Position numbers and translations under genes: made by a program. Shown here piece after piece: positions 49,003 to 59,909 of a DNA stretch of 64,000 nucleotides. Within the stretch, counting starts at the first letter, position 1; each line of letters begins with the position of its first letter. The notes under the pieces were generated by a model. It did not search any database, had not been told where the DNA came from, and was given only the letters and a program-made list of their open reading frames with translations. This DNA comes from an uncultured virus (IMG/VR IMGVR_UViG_3300027741_000051) (Duplodnaviria > Heunggongvirae > Uroviricota > Caudoviricetes), in the IMG/VR virus record IMGVR_UViG_3300027741_000051, positions 1 to 64,000 of that record; one strand, written 5' to 3'.

Positions 49003-49329
49003 ATGGCAAATAGTTTTAAAAATTATGGATCGGCCGCAGTCGGTACATCTCCGACAGTAGTGTATACAGCTGGCGCCGGAACTCAAGCCACAATTATTGG
49101 TATGTCAGTTGCAAATCTATTAAATACTTCAATATCTGCAAATGTTATTTTAAACATTAGTGGTTCAAATTTTTATATGGTAAAAAGTGCTCAGATTGAT
49201 CCAGGAAGTTCTTTAATTCCAATAGGCGGCGGCCAAAAAGTAGTATTGGAATCTGGTGATTATCTTTCAGTAAATACAAATACAGCTTCTTCAGTTGATG
49301 TGATAGTTAGTCTATTAGAAATAACATAA
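49003..49329 (+). CDS. small beta-sandwich virion protein
   Basis: MANSFKN...KVVLESGD...DVIVSLLEIT pattern common in phage fibre regions. Confidence 0.75.
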   Translation: MANSFKNYGSAAVGTSPTVVYTAGAGTQATIIGMSVANLLNTSISANVILNISGSNFYMVKSAQIDPGSSLIPIGGGQKVVLESGDYLSVNTNTASSVDVIVSLLEIT

Positions 49330-49330
49330 C

Positions 49331-52300
49331 ATGAAGACAATTTATACCATTTTAGGTAATCAAGAGAATAAAGATGTACGGGTTGCAGGTGACTATGCAA
49401 ATACCGCATATCTTCAGGCCAACTCATCTTATAGTAGTCAAAACTCTACTGGATCATATGCCAATTCTGCGTTCTTATCAGCGAATGCAGCTTTCTTACA
49501 AGCAAATGCAGCATATATTCATGGAAATTCTAGTCATTCTCAAGCAAATTCTGCGGCACTATATGCTAATGGCGCTTTCATTCAGGCAAACGCGGCCTAC
49601 ATTAGCCAAAACACTACAGGTACCTATGCTAATGGTGCGTACTATACAGCCAATTCGGCACAAACATACGCTAATGGTTCTTTTGCTCAAGCGAATGCAG
49701 CTTTTAATACACAAAACGTAACTGGAACCTATGCTAACTCAGCATACTATACCGCAAACTCAGCACAGATATACGCTAATGGTGCTTTTGCTCAGGCAAA
49801 TGCATCTTACACTGGTCAAAATGTAACAGGCACATATGCCAACTCAGCATATTATACCGCCAATTCGGCAGCATTATATGCTAATGGTGCTTTTGTACAA
49901 TCCAATTCGGCTTATAATAGTCAAAATACCACCGGCATCTATGCTAACTCCGCTTTTACACAAGCAAATGGAGCGAGTTTATATGCGAATGGTGCTTTTG
50001 TACAAGCCAATTCTGCATATACTAGTCAAAATGTAACTGGAACTTATGCTAATTCAGCTTACTTAGCAGCCAATAATGCAAACGCCAACGCAATAACATC
50101 TGGTACATATGCCAATGGTGCATTCACTCAAGCAAATTCGGTCTATTCTTCATCGAATGGAATTAATTTAACACAGAACACCAGTATTACATCAGCGTTT
50201 GCACAAGCAAACTCATCATATGCTTCACAAAATGTGACTGGCACATATGCTAACTCCGCATATACAGCAGCCAATGGTGCAAATGCTAACGCAATAACAT
50301 CTGGTACATATGCTAACTCAGCATACTATACTGCAAATTCTGCTGGTGTATATGCTAATGGTGCATTTGCTCAGGCTAATGCTGCCTTCGCAACAGCAAA
50401 TTCAACTTCAGCTGGTAGCGCGGCAAACGCAGCTTTCTTGCAAGCAAATTCAGCATATGCTTCTCAGAATGTAACCGGTACATATGCCAATTCAGCTTAC
50501 TTGGCGGCTAATGGTGCGAATGCCAATGCAATAACAACTGGTGCCTACGCTAACTCAGCATTTAGTTCTCAAAATACTACTGGTATTTACGCTAACTCAG
50601 CATTTAGTTCTCAAAATACTACTGGTATTTACGCTAACTCAGCATTCTCAACAGCAAATTCTGCTGGTGTATATGCGAATGGTGCTTTTGTTAAGGCCAA
50701 TGCATCTTTTGGAGTTGCAAATACGGCATTACAAAATACAAGCACAATAATTACAGCAGGCAACTTAACTGTATCCAATAATTTAACAGTTGCAAATAAT
50801 GTAACAGCTGCTTATTTTACCACAACCGGTTCGAGTGGAAATATTGGTGGTGTTAATATCATATATGCAAATTCTGTTAATACTTCAGTTAGTGTAATAT
50901 TTCCCGATACAACATATCAAGTTACTGCGGCTGCACCTTATGCATATTCTAATGCATCTTTTACAACAGCAAATTCTGCTGGCGTATATGCGAATGGTGC
51001 TCTCGTACAAGCCAATGCGGCCTATAGTTCACAAAACGTAACAGGTACATATGCTAATGCAGCATATTATACAGCCAATTCATCTCAGTTATATGCCAAT
51101 GGTGCTTTTGTACAGGCAAATTCAGCTTATGCTTCCCAAAACGTAACTGGTACCTATGCTAACTCAGCTTATTTGGCGGCCAATGGTGCGAATGCTAATG
51201 CAATAACATTCGGTTCATATGCCAATTCTGCATTTTTATCATCAAACAATTCTAATGCAAATGCAATAACCTCAGGTGCATATGCTAACTCAGCATTTCT
51301 TTCTGCAAATTCTGCTGGTGTATATGCGAATGGTGCATTTACTCAAGCTAACGCATCATACACTAGTCAAAATGTAACAGGAACTTATGCTAATTCAGCT
51401 TACTTAGCGGCTAATAACGCAAATGCGAATGCAATAACATCTGGTTCTTATGCAAACTCAGCATATTACACCGCCAATTCAGCACAGTTATATGCTAATG
51501 GTGCATTCGTACAGGCAAATGCATCATACACTAGTCAAAATGTAACAGGAACTTATGCTAACTCAGCTTATCTGGCGGCTAATAATGCAAATGCGAATGC
51601 CATAACATCTGGTTCTTATGCAAACTCGGCTTATCTAGCAGCTAACGGCGCCAATGCAAATGCAATAACTACAGGCACATATGCTAACTCGGCATATTAT
51701 ACGGCCAATTCAGCACAGTTATATGCAAATGGTGCTTTTGTACAAGCCAATGCTTCTTATAGTAGCCAGAATGTGACAGGTACATATGCCAATACTGCAC
51801 TTAGTTTTGCTAATTCAGCTGGGTCATATGCAAACTCTGCATTCTTGAAAGCTAATAATGCTTTACCTTTGGCAGGCGGAACAATTACAGGCAATTTAAC
51901 CATTGTCCAAGATGCAACAATTCAAGGTAACTTGACTGTATTAGGTACTACTATAACAACCAATACTGAATCTTTTACTGTAAAAGATACTTTGATATTA
52001 TTGGGTTTAGGAAATTATTACTCAGATGCATTAGATATTGGTTTTGCTGCACATTATAATAATGGAACAAACGCACACACAGGTTTTTTCCGAGATTCGG
52101 ATACAAAAGAATGGAATATATTTGAAGGTTATACACCAGAAGTATCACCCAATAACAATATTATAATTACAGATCCTTCTTATCAACGTGCAAATCTAAT
52201 AGCTAATACTGTAAAAGCAAATGTCATAGCCAACACAATATATGTTAGTGGATATAATGTATTCACTTATATCACAAATGCATATACACAGGCAAATGCA

Positions 52301-52837
52301 GCTTACATAAGTCAGAACACGACTGGTTCATATGCCAACTCAGCTTACTATACGGCTAACTCGGCACAACTTTATGCTAACGGTGGATTTGTTCAGGCGA
52401 ATGCTGCTTACGGTAGTCAGAATGTAACCGGCACATATGCCAATTCTGCTTACTTTACTGCAAACTCAGCACAACTATATGCTAACGGTGCTTTTGTACA
52501 ATCAAACGCCGGATTTAATGTTGCAAACTCGTCATCATTATATGCCAATGGTGCTTTTGTACAAGCTAATGCGGCTTATACAAGAGCAAACAATACAGTC
52601 AATGCAAATACTGGTGGTACAATTACCGGTAATGTAACAATTACTGGTAATTTAATAATAACAAATACAACCACATCTATATCAAATACTACAGGTGCAT
52701 TACAAGTGTTTGGTGGTGTCGGCGTTGCAGACAGTATTTATGTTGGTAATAGAGTTGGATTTGTCAATAGCAATGTAAGTGTAGTCTATCAATATTATAA
52801 CTCAGCTACAGGTAGTTTAGACACGGTATTTGGATAA
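49331..52837 (+). CDS. long fibre with Ala/Asn heptad-repeat stalk
   Basis: Many GTYANSA/AFVQANA heptads; DIGF domain shared with the 45533 fibre. Confidence 0.8.
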   Translation: MKTIYTILGNQENKDVRVAGDYANTAYLQANSSYSSQNSTGSYANSAFLSANAAFLQANAAYIHGNSSHSQANSAALYANGAFIQANAAYISQNTTGTYANGAYYTANSAQTYANGSFAQANAAFNTQNVTGTYANSAYYTANSAQIYANGAFAQANASYTGQNVTGTYANSAYYTANSAALYANGAFVQSNSAYNSQNTTGIYANSAFTQANGASLYANGAFVQANSAYTSQNVTGTYANSAYLAANNANANAITSGTYANGAFTQANSVYSSSNGINLTQNTSITSAFAQANSSYASQNVTGTYANSAYTAANGANANAITSGTYANSAYYTANSAGVYANGAFAQANAAFATANSTSAGSAANAAFLQANSAYASQNVTGTYANSAYLAANGANANAITTGAYANSAFSSQNTTGIYANSAFSSQNTTGIYANSAFSTANSAGVYANGAFVKANASFGVANTALQNTSTIITAGNLTVSNNLTVANNVTAAYFTTTGSSGNIGGVNIIYANSVNTSVSVIFPDTTYQVTAAAPYAYSNASFTTANSAGVYANGALVQANAAYSSQNVTGTYANAAYYTANSSQLYANGAFVQANSAYASQNVTGTYANSAYLAANGANANAITFGSYANSAFLSSNNSNANAITSGAYANSAFLSANSAGVYANGAFTQANASYTSQNVTGTYANSAYLAANNANANAITSGSYANSAYYTANSAQLYANGAFVQANASYTSQNVTGTYANSAYLAANNANANAITSGSYANSAYLAANGANANAITTGTYANSAYYTANSAQLYANGAFVQANASYSSQNVTGTYANTALSFANSAGSYANSAFLKANNALPLAGGTITGNLTIVQDATIQGNLTVLGTTITTNTESFTVKDTLILLGLGNYYSDALDIGFAAHYNNGTNAHTGFFRDSDTKEWNIFEGYTPEVSPNNNIIITDPSYQRANLIANTVKANVIANTIYVSGYNVFTYITNAYTQANAAYISQNTTGSYANSAYYTANSAQLYANGGFVQANAAYGSQNVTGTYANSAYFTANSAQLYANGAFVQSNAGFNVANSSSLYANGAFVQANAAYTRANNTVNANTGGTITGNVTITGNLIITNTTTSISNTTGALQVFGGVGVADSIYVGNRVGFVNSNVSVVYQYYNSATGSLDTVFG
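50546..50646 (+). repeat. perfect 42-bp tandem duplication (2.4 copies)
   Basis: TACGCTAACTCAGCATTTAGTTCTCAAAATACTACTGGTATT twice plus partial. Confidence 0.9.
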
Positions 52838-53682
52838 TGGCAACAACTATAACTAAACTGTTTCCCACTGGAATACTTCAATCAAGTGTGGCATTTGATG
52901 AAGTAGCCTATAGTTCTGTTAAAGTAGGACCCGCAGGAGTATATGCGGCACTATTTGATGAAGTTACACAATCACCTATTAAGAATTTAGCCATTTCTTC
53001 TCAAGAATTTGATAACGCAACCGGGTGGAACACTGCCTCGGGTCAAGTAGTAGTAACCGGAAATGCAATAGCAGCACCTAATAGTACGCTAACCGCAGAT
53101 TTACTATTGAACTCAGCACCGTTAGGTAGACATACAATACTCACAGATCCAATGACTGTATTAGAAAGAGTTGCTACTTATACATGGTCGGTACATGTAA
53201 AATCATATTCTGCATCGACCTACTTAACTTTATATTTTGCAACAGGATATCAACAACCTGATAGAATCGGCATAAATGTAAATCCATCTACCGGAGTTAT
53301 TAATAATATAGCAACATCCGGTAGCGGAACATATATTACTTCAACTTCCGAACCAAAAGGAAATGGATGGTATAGAGTAAGTGTAACTGGTAATATCACC
53401 AATACCGCATTAGCAGGAGCCGGAACATTAACAGGTAGTATTGGTATAACAAAAAGTACCACTAATGCCAGCCTTGTAAACCCTACTTATGTAGGTGACG
53501 GTGCAACAGGATTTTATGGTTGGGGTGCTCAATTTGAAGCAGGATATTTAACTCCTTATCAGGGAATAGGTGCTACTGGAGTGATAGTGACTCCAGATTT
53601 TGCCGAACGCAGAACCAACACTGGAACGTATATGGTCAGTGGTTACTTTGATGAATACACTTACACTATCACACCTTTTTAA
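52837..53682 (+). CDS. virion protein with carbohydrate-binding-like jelly-roll insert
   Basis: KNL...SQEF, NGWYRVSVT, WGAQFE motifs between FDEV/FDEY termini. Confidence 0.7.
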   Translation: MATTITKLFPTGILQSSVAFDEVAYSSVKVGPAGVYAALFDEVTQSPIKNLAISSQEFDNATGWNTASGQVVVTGNAIAAPNSTLTADLLLNSAPLGRHTILTDPMTVLERVATYTWSVHVKSYSASTYLTLYFATGYQQPDRIGINVNPSTGVINNIATSGSGTYITSTSEPKGNGWYRVSVTGNITNTALAGAGTLTGSIGITKSTTNASLVNPTYVGDGATGFYGWGAQFEAGYLTPYQGIGATGVIVTPDFAERRTNTGTYMVSGYFDEYTYTITPF

Positions 53683-53687
53683 CCTAG

Positions 53688-53695
53688 AATAAATA
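53688..53695 (+). promoter_or_regulatory. late promoter (NATAAATA)
   Basis: AATAAATA intergenic. Confidence 0.6.
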
Positions 53696-53702
53696 ACATA
53701 CT

Positions 53703-55946
53703 ATGGCAAAACTTCTAAGTGGAACAAGAATATACGGAAATACATCAGTAGATACCTTTATAACGGTAGGCTCAAATGTTTCTATTTCTGGAGCAAATAA
53801 TTCTACATCAAATTTAACTGGTGCGCTTGTCATATCGATTGGTGGTTTGGGTGTTGTTGGTAATGTGTATACTGGAAATCATGTAATTACAGGTACAGGC
53901 AATGGTATAACCTTTGTCGATGGAACAACACAAACAACATCACCTGCAGCGACAGCATCATACGCTAACTCAGCATACTATACAGCTAACTCTGCACAAA
54001 TATATGCTAACGGAGCTTTTGTACAAGCCAATGCGGCTTATGGTTCTCAAAACGTAACAGGTACATACGCCAATTCTGCTTATTTTACTGCAAACTCAGC
54101 GCAGATATATGCAAATGGTGCTTTCGTACAAGCTAATGCGGCTTATGGTTCTCAAAACGTAACAGGTACATACGCCAACTCAGCATACCTAGCAGCTAAC
54201 AATGCTAATGCTAATGCAATAACTACAGGCACTTATGCTAACTCAGCATATTATACGGCTAATTCAGCTCAGTTATATGCCAATGGTGCCTTCGTACAAG
54301 CTAATGCGGCTTATGGTAGTCAGAATGTAACTGGCACTTACGCCAATTCAGCATATGCACAAGCCAATAGCGCAAGTCTATATGCTAATGGTGCCTTTGT
54401 ACAAGCTAATGCGGCTTATGCTTCTCAGAATGTAACCGGTACATATGCCAATTCAGCTTACTTAGCGGCTAACAACGCCAATGCGAATGCGATAACATCT
54501 GGTACCTATGCCAATTCAGCGTATCTAGCCGCAAATAATGCCAACGCAAATGCTATAACATCTGGTGCCTATGCTAATTCCGCATTTACTCAAGCAAATG
54601 CGGTATACATATTTGCTAATTCGGTATTCAGCACACAGAATACCAGTATTTCATCAGCATTTACACAAGCAAACTCATCATATGCTTCTCAGAATGTAAC
54701 CGGTACATATGCCAATTCAGCTTATCTGGCAGCTAACAACGCCAATGCCAATGCAATAACAACTGGTACCTATGCCAATTCATCGTATTATACTGCAAAC
54801 TCAGCGCAGATATATGCAAATGGTGCTTTCGTACAAGCTAATGCGGCTTATGGTTCACAGAATGTAACTGGTACCTATGCTAACTCAGCTTATCTAGCAG
54901 CTAATGGTGCCAATGCTAATTCTATAACAACTGGTATCTATGCTAATTCAGCTTATCTGGCGGCTAATAATGCAAACGCCAACGCAATAACATCTGGTGT
55001 TTATGCTAATGGTGCTTTTGTACAGGCTAACGCAGTATACATATTTGCTAATTCGGTATTCAGCACACATAATACAAGTATTTCATCTGCATTCACTCAA
55101 GCGAATTCAGCTTATGGTTCACAGAACACAACTGGTATTTACGCCAACTCTGCATTTGTAGCCGCCAATTCAGCTGGTGTATATGCTAACGGTGCTTTTG
55201 TACAAGCGAATGCTGCATATACATCACAAAATGTGACCGGTACATATGCCAACTCAGCATACTATACTGCAAACTCAGCACAGATATATGCTAACGGTGC
55301 TTTTGTACAAGCAAATGCGGCTTTCAATTCTCAAAATGTAAGCGCAACTTATGCCAACTCAGCATACTATACCGCAAACTCAGCGCAGATATATGCCAAT
55401 GGTGCTTTCGTACAAGCTAATGCATCATATAGTGGTCAAAATGTAACTGGTACATATGCCAACTCAGCATATTTGGCGGCCAATAATGCAAATGCTAATG
55501 CCATAACGTCTGGTTCATATGCTAACTCCGCATATGCACAAGCTAATGGTGCTTCAATATATGCCAATGGTTCTTTCGTACAAGCCAATGCGGCTTTTAC
55601 TTCATCAAATGCAATCAATTTAACCCAAAACACCAGCATTACAGCTGCATTCACTCAAGCGAATTCTGCATATGGTAGTCAAAATACAACTGGTACATAT
55701 GCTAACTCCGCATATGCACAGGCTAATAGTGCCAGCATATATGCTAACGGTGCTTTCACGCAAGCTAATGCAGCTTTCGCTGTGGCAAATACTGGTCCTG
55801 CTCCATTAATTCTTCTCAACAGTACATATATAACCAGTAATGCAACGATTGCAGCAAATACAAATGGACTTTCCGTTGGCCCATTAACCATAGCTAGTAG
55901 TTACTATGTTAATGTTGCGAGTGGACAACGATGGATAATTTTATAA
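53703..55946 (+). CDS. fibre with Ala/Asn heptad stalk and C-terminal GQRW module
   Basis: MAKLLSGTRIYG N-terminus; heptad repeats; SVGPLTI...SGQRWIIL. Confidence 0.8.
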   Translation: MAKLLSGTRIYGNTSVDTFITVGSNVSISGANNSTSNLTGALVISIGGLGVVGNVYTGNHVITGTGNGITFVDGTTQTTSPAATASYANSAYYTANSAQIYANGAFVQANAAYGSQNVTGTYANSAYFTANSAQIYANGAFVQANAAYGSQNVTGTYANSAYLAANNANANAITTGTYANSAYYTANSAQLYANGAFVQANAAYGSQNVTGTYANSAYAQANSASLYANGAFVQANAAYASQNVTGTYANSAYLAANNANANAITSGTYANSAYLAANNANANAITSGAYANSAFTQANAVYIFANSVFSTQNTSISSAFTQANSSYASQNVTGTYANSAYLAANNANANAITTGTYANSSYYTANSAQIYANGAFVQANAAYGSQNVTGTYANSAYLAANGANANSITTGIYANSAYLAANNANANAITSGVYANGAFVQANAVYIFANSVFSTHNTSISSAFTQANSAYGSQNTTGIYANSAFVAANSAGVYANGAFVQANAAYTSQNVTGTYANSAYYTANSAQIYANGAFVQANAAFNSQNVSATYANSAYYTANSAQIYANGAFVQANASYSGQNVTGTYANSAYLAANNANANAITSGSYANSAYAQANGASIYANGSFVQANAAFTSSNAINLTQNTSITAAFTQANSAYGSQNTTGTYANSAYAQANSASIYANGAFTQANAAFAVANTGPAPLILLNSTYITSNATIAANTNGLSVGPLTIASSYYVNVASGQRWIIL

Positions 55947-55955
55947 AATAAAAAA

Positions 55956-57503
55956 ATGAGCACACTATCAACTGGAACTTTACTCACAACAGCATTTACA
56001 GTAAGGTCAGATTTATCTGGCAATCTGCAAATACAAACTGGTACAAGTTCAGCTAATGCAGTTCTTATCGATTCTAATCAAAATGTAACATTTAATGGTT
56101 CAATTACATCAAACACTATCACTTCGGCAGCAGCTACATCACTCACATTAAAAAGTGCAGGAACTACTGCGCTCACACTTAATTCAAGTCAAGCAATAGG
56201 TTTAGGTTCTACACCATCTTTTGGAACAAACGGACAAGTTCTGACTTCAGCAGGATCGAGTGCATCACCTACTTGGACTACTCTGTCAACAACATCCATT
56301 TCTAACGGCACATCTAACGTATCTGTGGCCTCGTCTGGTGGTCCAGTTACTATTGCTACTAATGGAAACACAGCGGTCACTATTGACACAAGCCAAAACG
56401 CCACGTTCGCGGGCACAATTAAATCCACTGGTAAAGGCGTAGTGCAAAACTACGACTACCTAGTCCCGACTACGGGGTTCTCATATACTTTCAGCACCTA
56501 CAACACGCTGATAATCAACCCGGCCGGTACATTGCTTACCGGAACCATTACAATGCCTGCTTCACCTAGTGATGGAATGGTGGTTAGCTTCAGTAGCACA
56601 AAAGAAATTACTACACTTACACTTAATGCTAATACAGGACAGACGCTGAATAACACAATTCCTGGGTTAGTGCCGGGACAATCAATATCTTACATATATC
56701 GTTCTGCATCCACTTCATGGTTTGTGTTCAGCACGGCTCTTACACCAACATTTCTCACCACATTAGCTAATTTAGGTTTTTACACAGTCAGTTATTTGGT
56801 AGTTGCTGGCGGTGGCGGTGGCAGCGGAGGTTCAGGTGGCGGAGGGGCTGGAGGCCTTTTAACTTCGTCTACCAGTGTTCTTACTGGAACCGCATACACA
56901 GTGACTGTTGGTGCAGGTGGATCCGCTCAACCAGCGGCAACCGGTGTTGGTGATACCGGCGGTAATTCAAGTATTGGTAGTCTTGTAACTGCTCTTGGTG
57001 GTGGTGGCGGTAGTTCCGGTACTGGCGTTTCTGGTGGTTCTGGTGGTGGCGGCCGCGGTGGTAATGGCGGCGGCTCTGGCACTACTGGGCAAGGAAATGC
57101 CGGTGGCGGTGGAGGTGGTGGCAATGCGTGTGGTGGCGGCGGAGGCGCTTCAGCGGCCGGAAATTCTGGTTCTGGTTCTTCTGGTGGAACGGGTGGTGCT
57201 GGAACAGCAAGTAGCATATCCGGTTCCAGTGTTACTTACGCTGGCGGTGGTGGTGGTGCCGGCGCTGGTGGTAACGGCAGCGGCGGTGCAGGTGGCGGCG
57301 GCGCATATCCCAATGCCGCGACTGTAAATTCTGGTGGTGGTGGGGGCTGTACATGGAACGCCCCAAATACGGGCACTAATGGTGGTTCCGGCATCGTCAT
57401 CATCAGTTACTCCGGTTCGCAAAAAGGCACAGGTGGTACAGTAACATCTTCTGGTGGAAACACTATACATACATTTACATCAAGCGGTACATACACAGCA
57501 TAA
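55956..57503 (+). CDS. glycine-rich adhesin/fibre protein
   Basis: VSYLVVAGGG...SGIVIISY...HTFTSSGTYTA. Confidence 0.8.
   Translation: MSTLSTGTLLTTAFTVRSDLSGNLQIQTGTSSANAVLIDSNQNVTFNGSITSNTITSAAATSLTLKSAGTTALTLNSSQAIGLGSTPSFGTNGQVLTSAGSSASPTWTTLSTTSISNGTSNVSVASSGGPVTIATNGNTAVTIDTSQNATFAGTIKSTGKGVVQNYDYLVPTTGFSYTFSTYNTLIINPAGTLLTGTITMPASPSDGMVVSFSSTKEITTLTLNANTGQTLNNTIPGLVPGQSISYIYRSASTSWFVFSTALTPTFLTTLANLGFYTVSYLVVAGGGGGSGGSGGGGAGGLLTSSTSVLTGTAYTVTVGAGGSAQPAATGVGDTGGNSSIGSLVTALGGGGGSSGTGVSGGSGGGGRGGNGGGSGTTGQGNAGGGGGGGNACGGGGGASAAGNSGSGSSGGTGGAGTASSISGSSVTYAGGGGGAGAGGNGSGGAGGGGAYPNAATVNSGGGGGCTWNAPNTGTNGGSGIVIISYSGSQKGTGGTVTSSGGNTIHTFTSSGTYTA
57381..57503 (+). repeat. shared 3' gene module, copy 1 (copy 2 at 60914-61036)
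   Basis: Both encode GGSGIVIISYSGSQxGxGGTVTSSGGNTIHTFTSSGTYTA*. Confidence 0.85.
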
Positions 57504-57521
57504 AAAAGTTAAGGAGTTAAT

Positions 57522-57866
57522 ATGGCACATTTTGCAAAAGTATCAAACGGCGTAGTAGTTCAAGTCATTGTGGCTGAACCTGAGTTTTTTCAAACATTCG
57601 TAGACACAAGTCCTGGTGAATGGATCCAGACTAGTTATAATACCCGAGGCGGTGTTCACGCTAACGGCGGCACTCCATTGCGTAAAAATTACGCTGGTGT
57701 TGGTTTTACTTACGATAGAACCCGTGACGCTTTTATTCCACCACAACCATTTCCATCTTGGACATTGAATGATGAAACTTGCCTGTGGGATGCACCAACA
57801 CCAATGCCTACTGACGGCATATACGAATGGAATGAATCAACTACTTCTTGGGTTGTTCTGGAATAA
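57522..57866 (+). CDS. fibre-associated small protein (MAHFA family)
   Basis: MAHFA...WIQTSYN...RKNYAG...DAFIPPQPFPSW...W.E; follows Gly-rich gene. Confidence 0.8.
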   Translation: MAHFAKVSNGVVVQVIVAEPEFFQTFVDTSPGEWIQTSYNTRGGVHANGGTPLRKNYAGVGFTYDRTRDAFIPPQPFPSWTLNDETCLWDAPTPMPTDGIYEWNESTTSWVVLE

Positions 57867-57900
57867 ATGAAAACAACCATTCTAAATTGTGGAGTAAACT

Positions 57901-58515
57901 ATGCCATTATTTCTTAACGGCACAGACAATAGCGCAACGACACCAGCAATACAAGGTGGTACTGCTGGCACAACTACGGGTGTTTACTATCCAAACACAA
58001 ATCAATTAGCTATATCCACTAACGGCACACAAGCCTTTTTGATTGATGCAAACCAAAATGGCACTTTTACATCCACTGGAGCTCTTACATTAAGTAAAGG
58101 TACAACAGGACAACAACCAGCAAGTCCAGCTACTGGTATGTTGCGTTACAATACAACGACAAGCCAATTTGAGGGATATGGTGGTGCATCTCCTGCATGG
58201 ACTTCTGTTGGTGGTGCAACTCTAAGCAACGATACAACGACTGCTAGTTATGAGTATCCATTGTTTGCGGCATCAACAACTGGTTCTGCGACTACAGTTT
58301 ATACCAGCAATACAAATTTGTTATATAAACCATCTACCGGTGAATTACAAGCATCTGTAGTCACGGCAAATAATGGTTTATACCTAAATAGAGCAACGAT
58401 AAGTTCAAGTTATACAATTGCTGCAGGTTATAATGCTATGACAGTTGGTCCTGTGACTGTGGCGAATGGACAATCAGTTACAATTACCAGCGGCCAACGC
58501 TGGTTAATTTTTTAA
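57901..58515 (+). CDS. fibre adaptor with C-terminal GQRW module
   Basis: GTTGQQP...GMLRYNTT...FEGY; TVGPVTV...SGQRWLIF. Confidence 0.75.
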   Translation: MPLFLNGTDNSATTPAIQGGTAGTTTGVYYPNTNQLAISTNGTQAFLIDANQNGTFTSTGALTLSKGTTGQQPASPATGMLRYNTTTSQFEGYGGASPAWTSVGGATLSNDTTTASYEYPLFAASTTGSATTVYTSNTNLLYKPSTGELQASVVTANNGLYLNRATISSSYTIAAGYNAMTVGPVTVANGQSVTITSGQRWLIF

Positions 58516-58524
58516 GGATAATAA

Positions 58525-59742
58525 ATGGCATCAAGTATTTCTGCAGGAACAACATCCAGTACCGGTTTGGTTGCTACTGCTGATACCACAGGTGCGTTGG
58601 TATTGCAGACCAACAACGGCACGACTGCGCTCACACTGGATACTTCGCAAAATGCCACCTTTGCTGGCTACGCAAACCTGCCAAACACCTTTGGCTTCAA
58701 GAACCGCATCATCAATGGTGCGATGGTGATTGACCAGCGTAATGCGGGGGCGGCAACGGCGAATACTATTAGTGGATACACGGTAGATAGATGGCAAGTT
58801 GTTCAATACCCGACAACTGGTAAAGTTGTTGGGCAACAAAATGCTGGCTCGGTAACTCCTCCAGTTGGATTTAATAACTATTTTGGAATAACATCCCAAT
58901 CGGCATTTTCAATAGTTGCTGGAAGCATTTACACATTTATTCAAGCAATTGAAGGGTTTAATTTTGCAGATATGGCTTGGGGTACTGCAAACGCACAGAC
59001 AGTTACATTATCTTTTAGAGTTTATTCATCACTTACTGGAACTTTTGGTGGAAGTTTAGGAAATGGGTCAAGTTTTAATAGGTCATATCCTTTTACATAC
59101 ACCATCTCTTCAGCAAATACATGGACAACAATCAGCATAACAATTGCTGGTGATACTACTGGAACTTGGGCGGGGGCAACTAATGGGGTTGGGGTTTATG
59201 TTAATTTTGGATTGGGTGTAGGCTCTACTTTTAGCGGAACGGCTGGAGCATGGGCGGCTGGTGATTATCGTTCTGCTACAGGCGCAACCAGCGTAGTCGG
59301 CACAAGCGGAGCCACGTTCTACATCACAGGCGTACAGCTAGAAAAAGGCAGCACAGCTACATCGTTTGATTACCGCCCGTATGGTACTGAGTTGGCTTTA
59401 TGTCAGAGATATTGTCCTGCTTGGTCTGTTTCTGGTGCAAGTAGCAATTTCCCGTTTGCGGGACAATGTTATGCATCAACTGCGGCTATTTTTACAGCAC
59501 CTTATCCTGTTCAGCCTAGAGTAGCGGCAACAGGAATAACGACTAGTGGAACTTTTGCTGTGATACCAGCTAATTATGGAACTTCTGCCGCAGGAACAGT
59601 AGCTATTTATGGAACTGGAACAAATTTGTCAACTTTTGCCTTAAATGTAACTGGTTCAAGTGGTCTTACTATTGGAAATGCAACTTCTTTACAAAGCAGT
59701 AGTGCGACTAGTTTAATTATTGCGACAGGATGTGAATTATGA
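58525..59742 (+). CDS. tail fibre/receptor-binding protein with lectin-like domain
   Basis: FKNRIINGAMVIDQR, DRW, ITGVQLEKG..AT.F, ELALCQRY. Confidence 0.8.
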   Translation: MASSISAGTTSSTGLVATADTTGALVLQTNNGTTALTLDTSQNATFAGYANLPNTFGFKNRIINGAMVIDQRNAGAATANTISGYTVDRWQVVQYPTTGKVVGQQNAGSVTPPVGFNNYFGITSQSAFSIVAGSIYTFIQAIEGFNFADMAWGTANAQTVTLSFRVYSSLTGTFGGSLGNGSSFNRSYPFTYTISSANTWTTISITIAGDTTGTWAGATNGVGVYVNFGLGVGSTFSGTAGAWAAGDYRSATGATSVVGTSGATFYITGVQLEKGSTATSFDYRPYGTELALCQRYCPAWSVSGASSNFPFAGQCYASTAAIFTAPYPVQPRVAATGITTSGTFAVIPANYGTSAAGTVAIYGTGTNLSTFALNVTGSSGLTIGNATSLQSSSATSLIIATGCEL

Positions 59743-59909
59743 CAACACCAATTTGGAAATTAGTTAAAGACCCAACGACTCAACAAGAAAATGTTGTGTG
59801 GCGTGAATGGTCTGATGGCAAGCAGGAATCTTGTTTAGTTACTGCTGAAGCCTACCTAGAATGGCTTGCTGAAGGTAATACACCTGAACCAGCGGATACA
59901 CCAGCATGA
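59739..59909 (+). CDS. small fibre assembly-like protein (56 aa)
   Basis: Hand translation ending YLEWLAEGNTPEPADTPA*; ATGA overlaps on both sides. Confidence 0.75.
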   Translation: MTTPIWKLVKDPTTQQENVVWREWSDGKQESCLVTAEAYLEWLAEGNTPEPADTPA

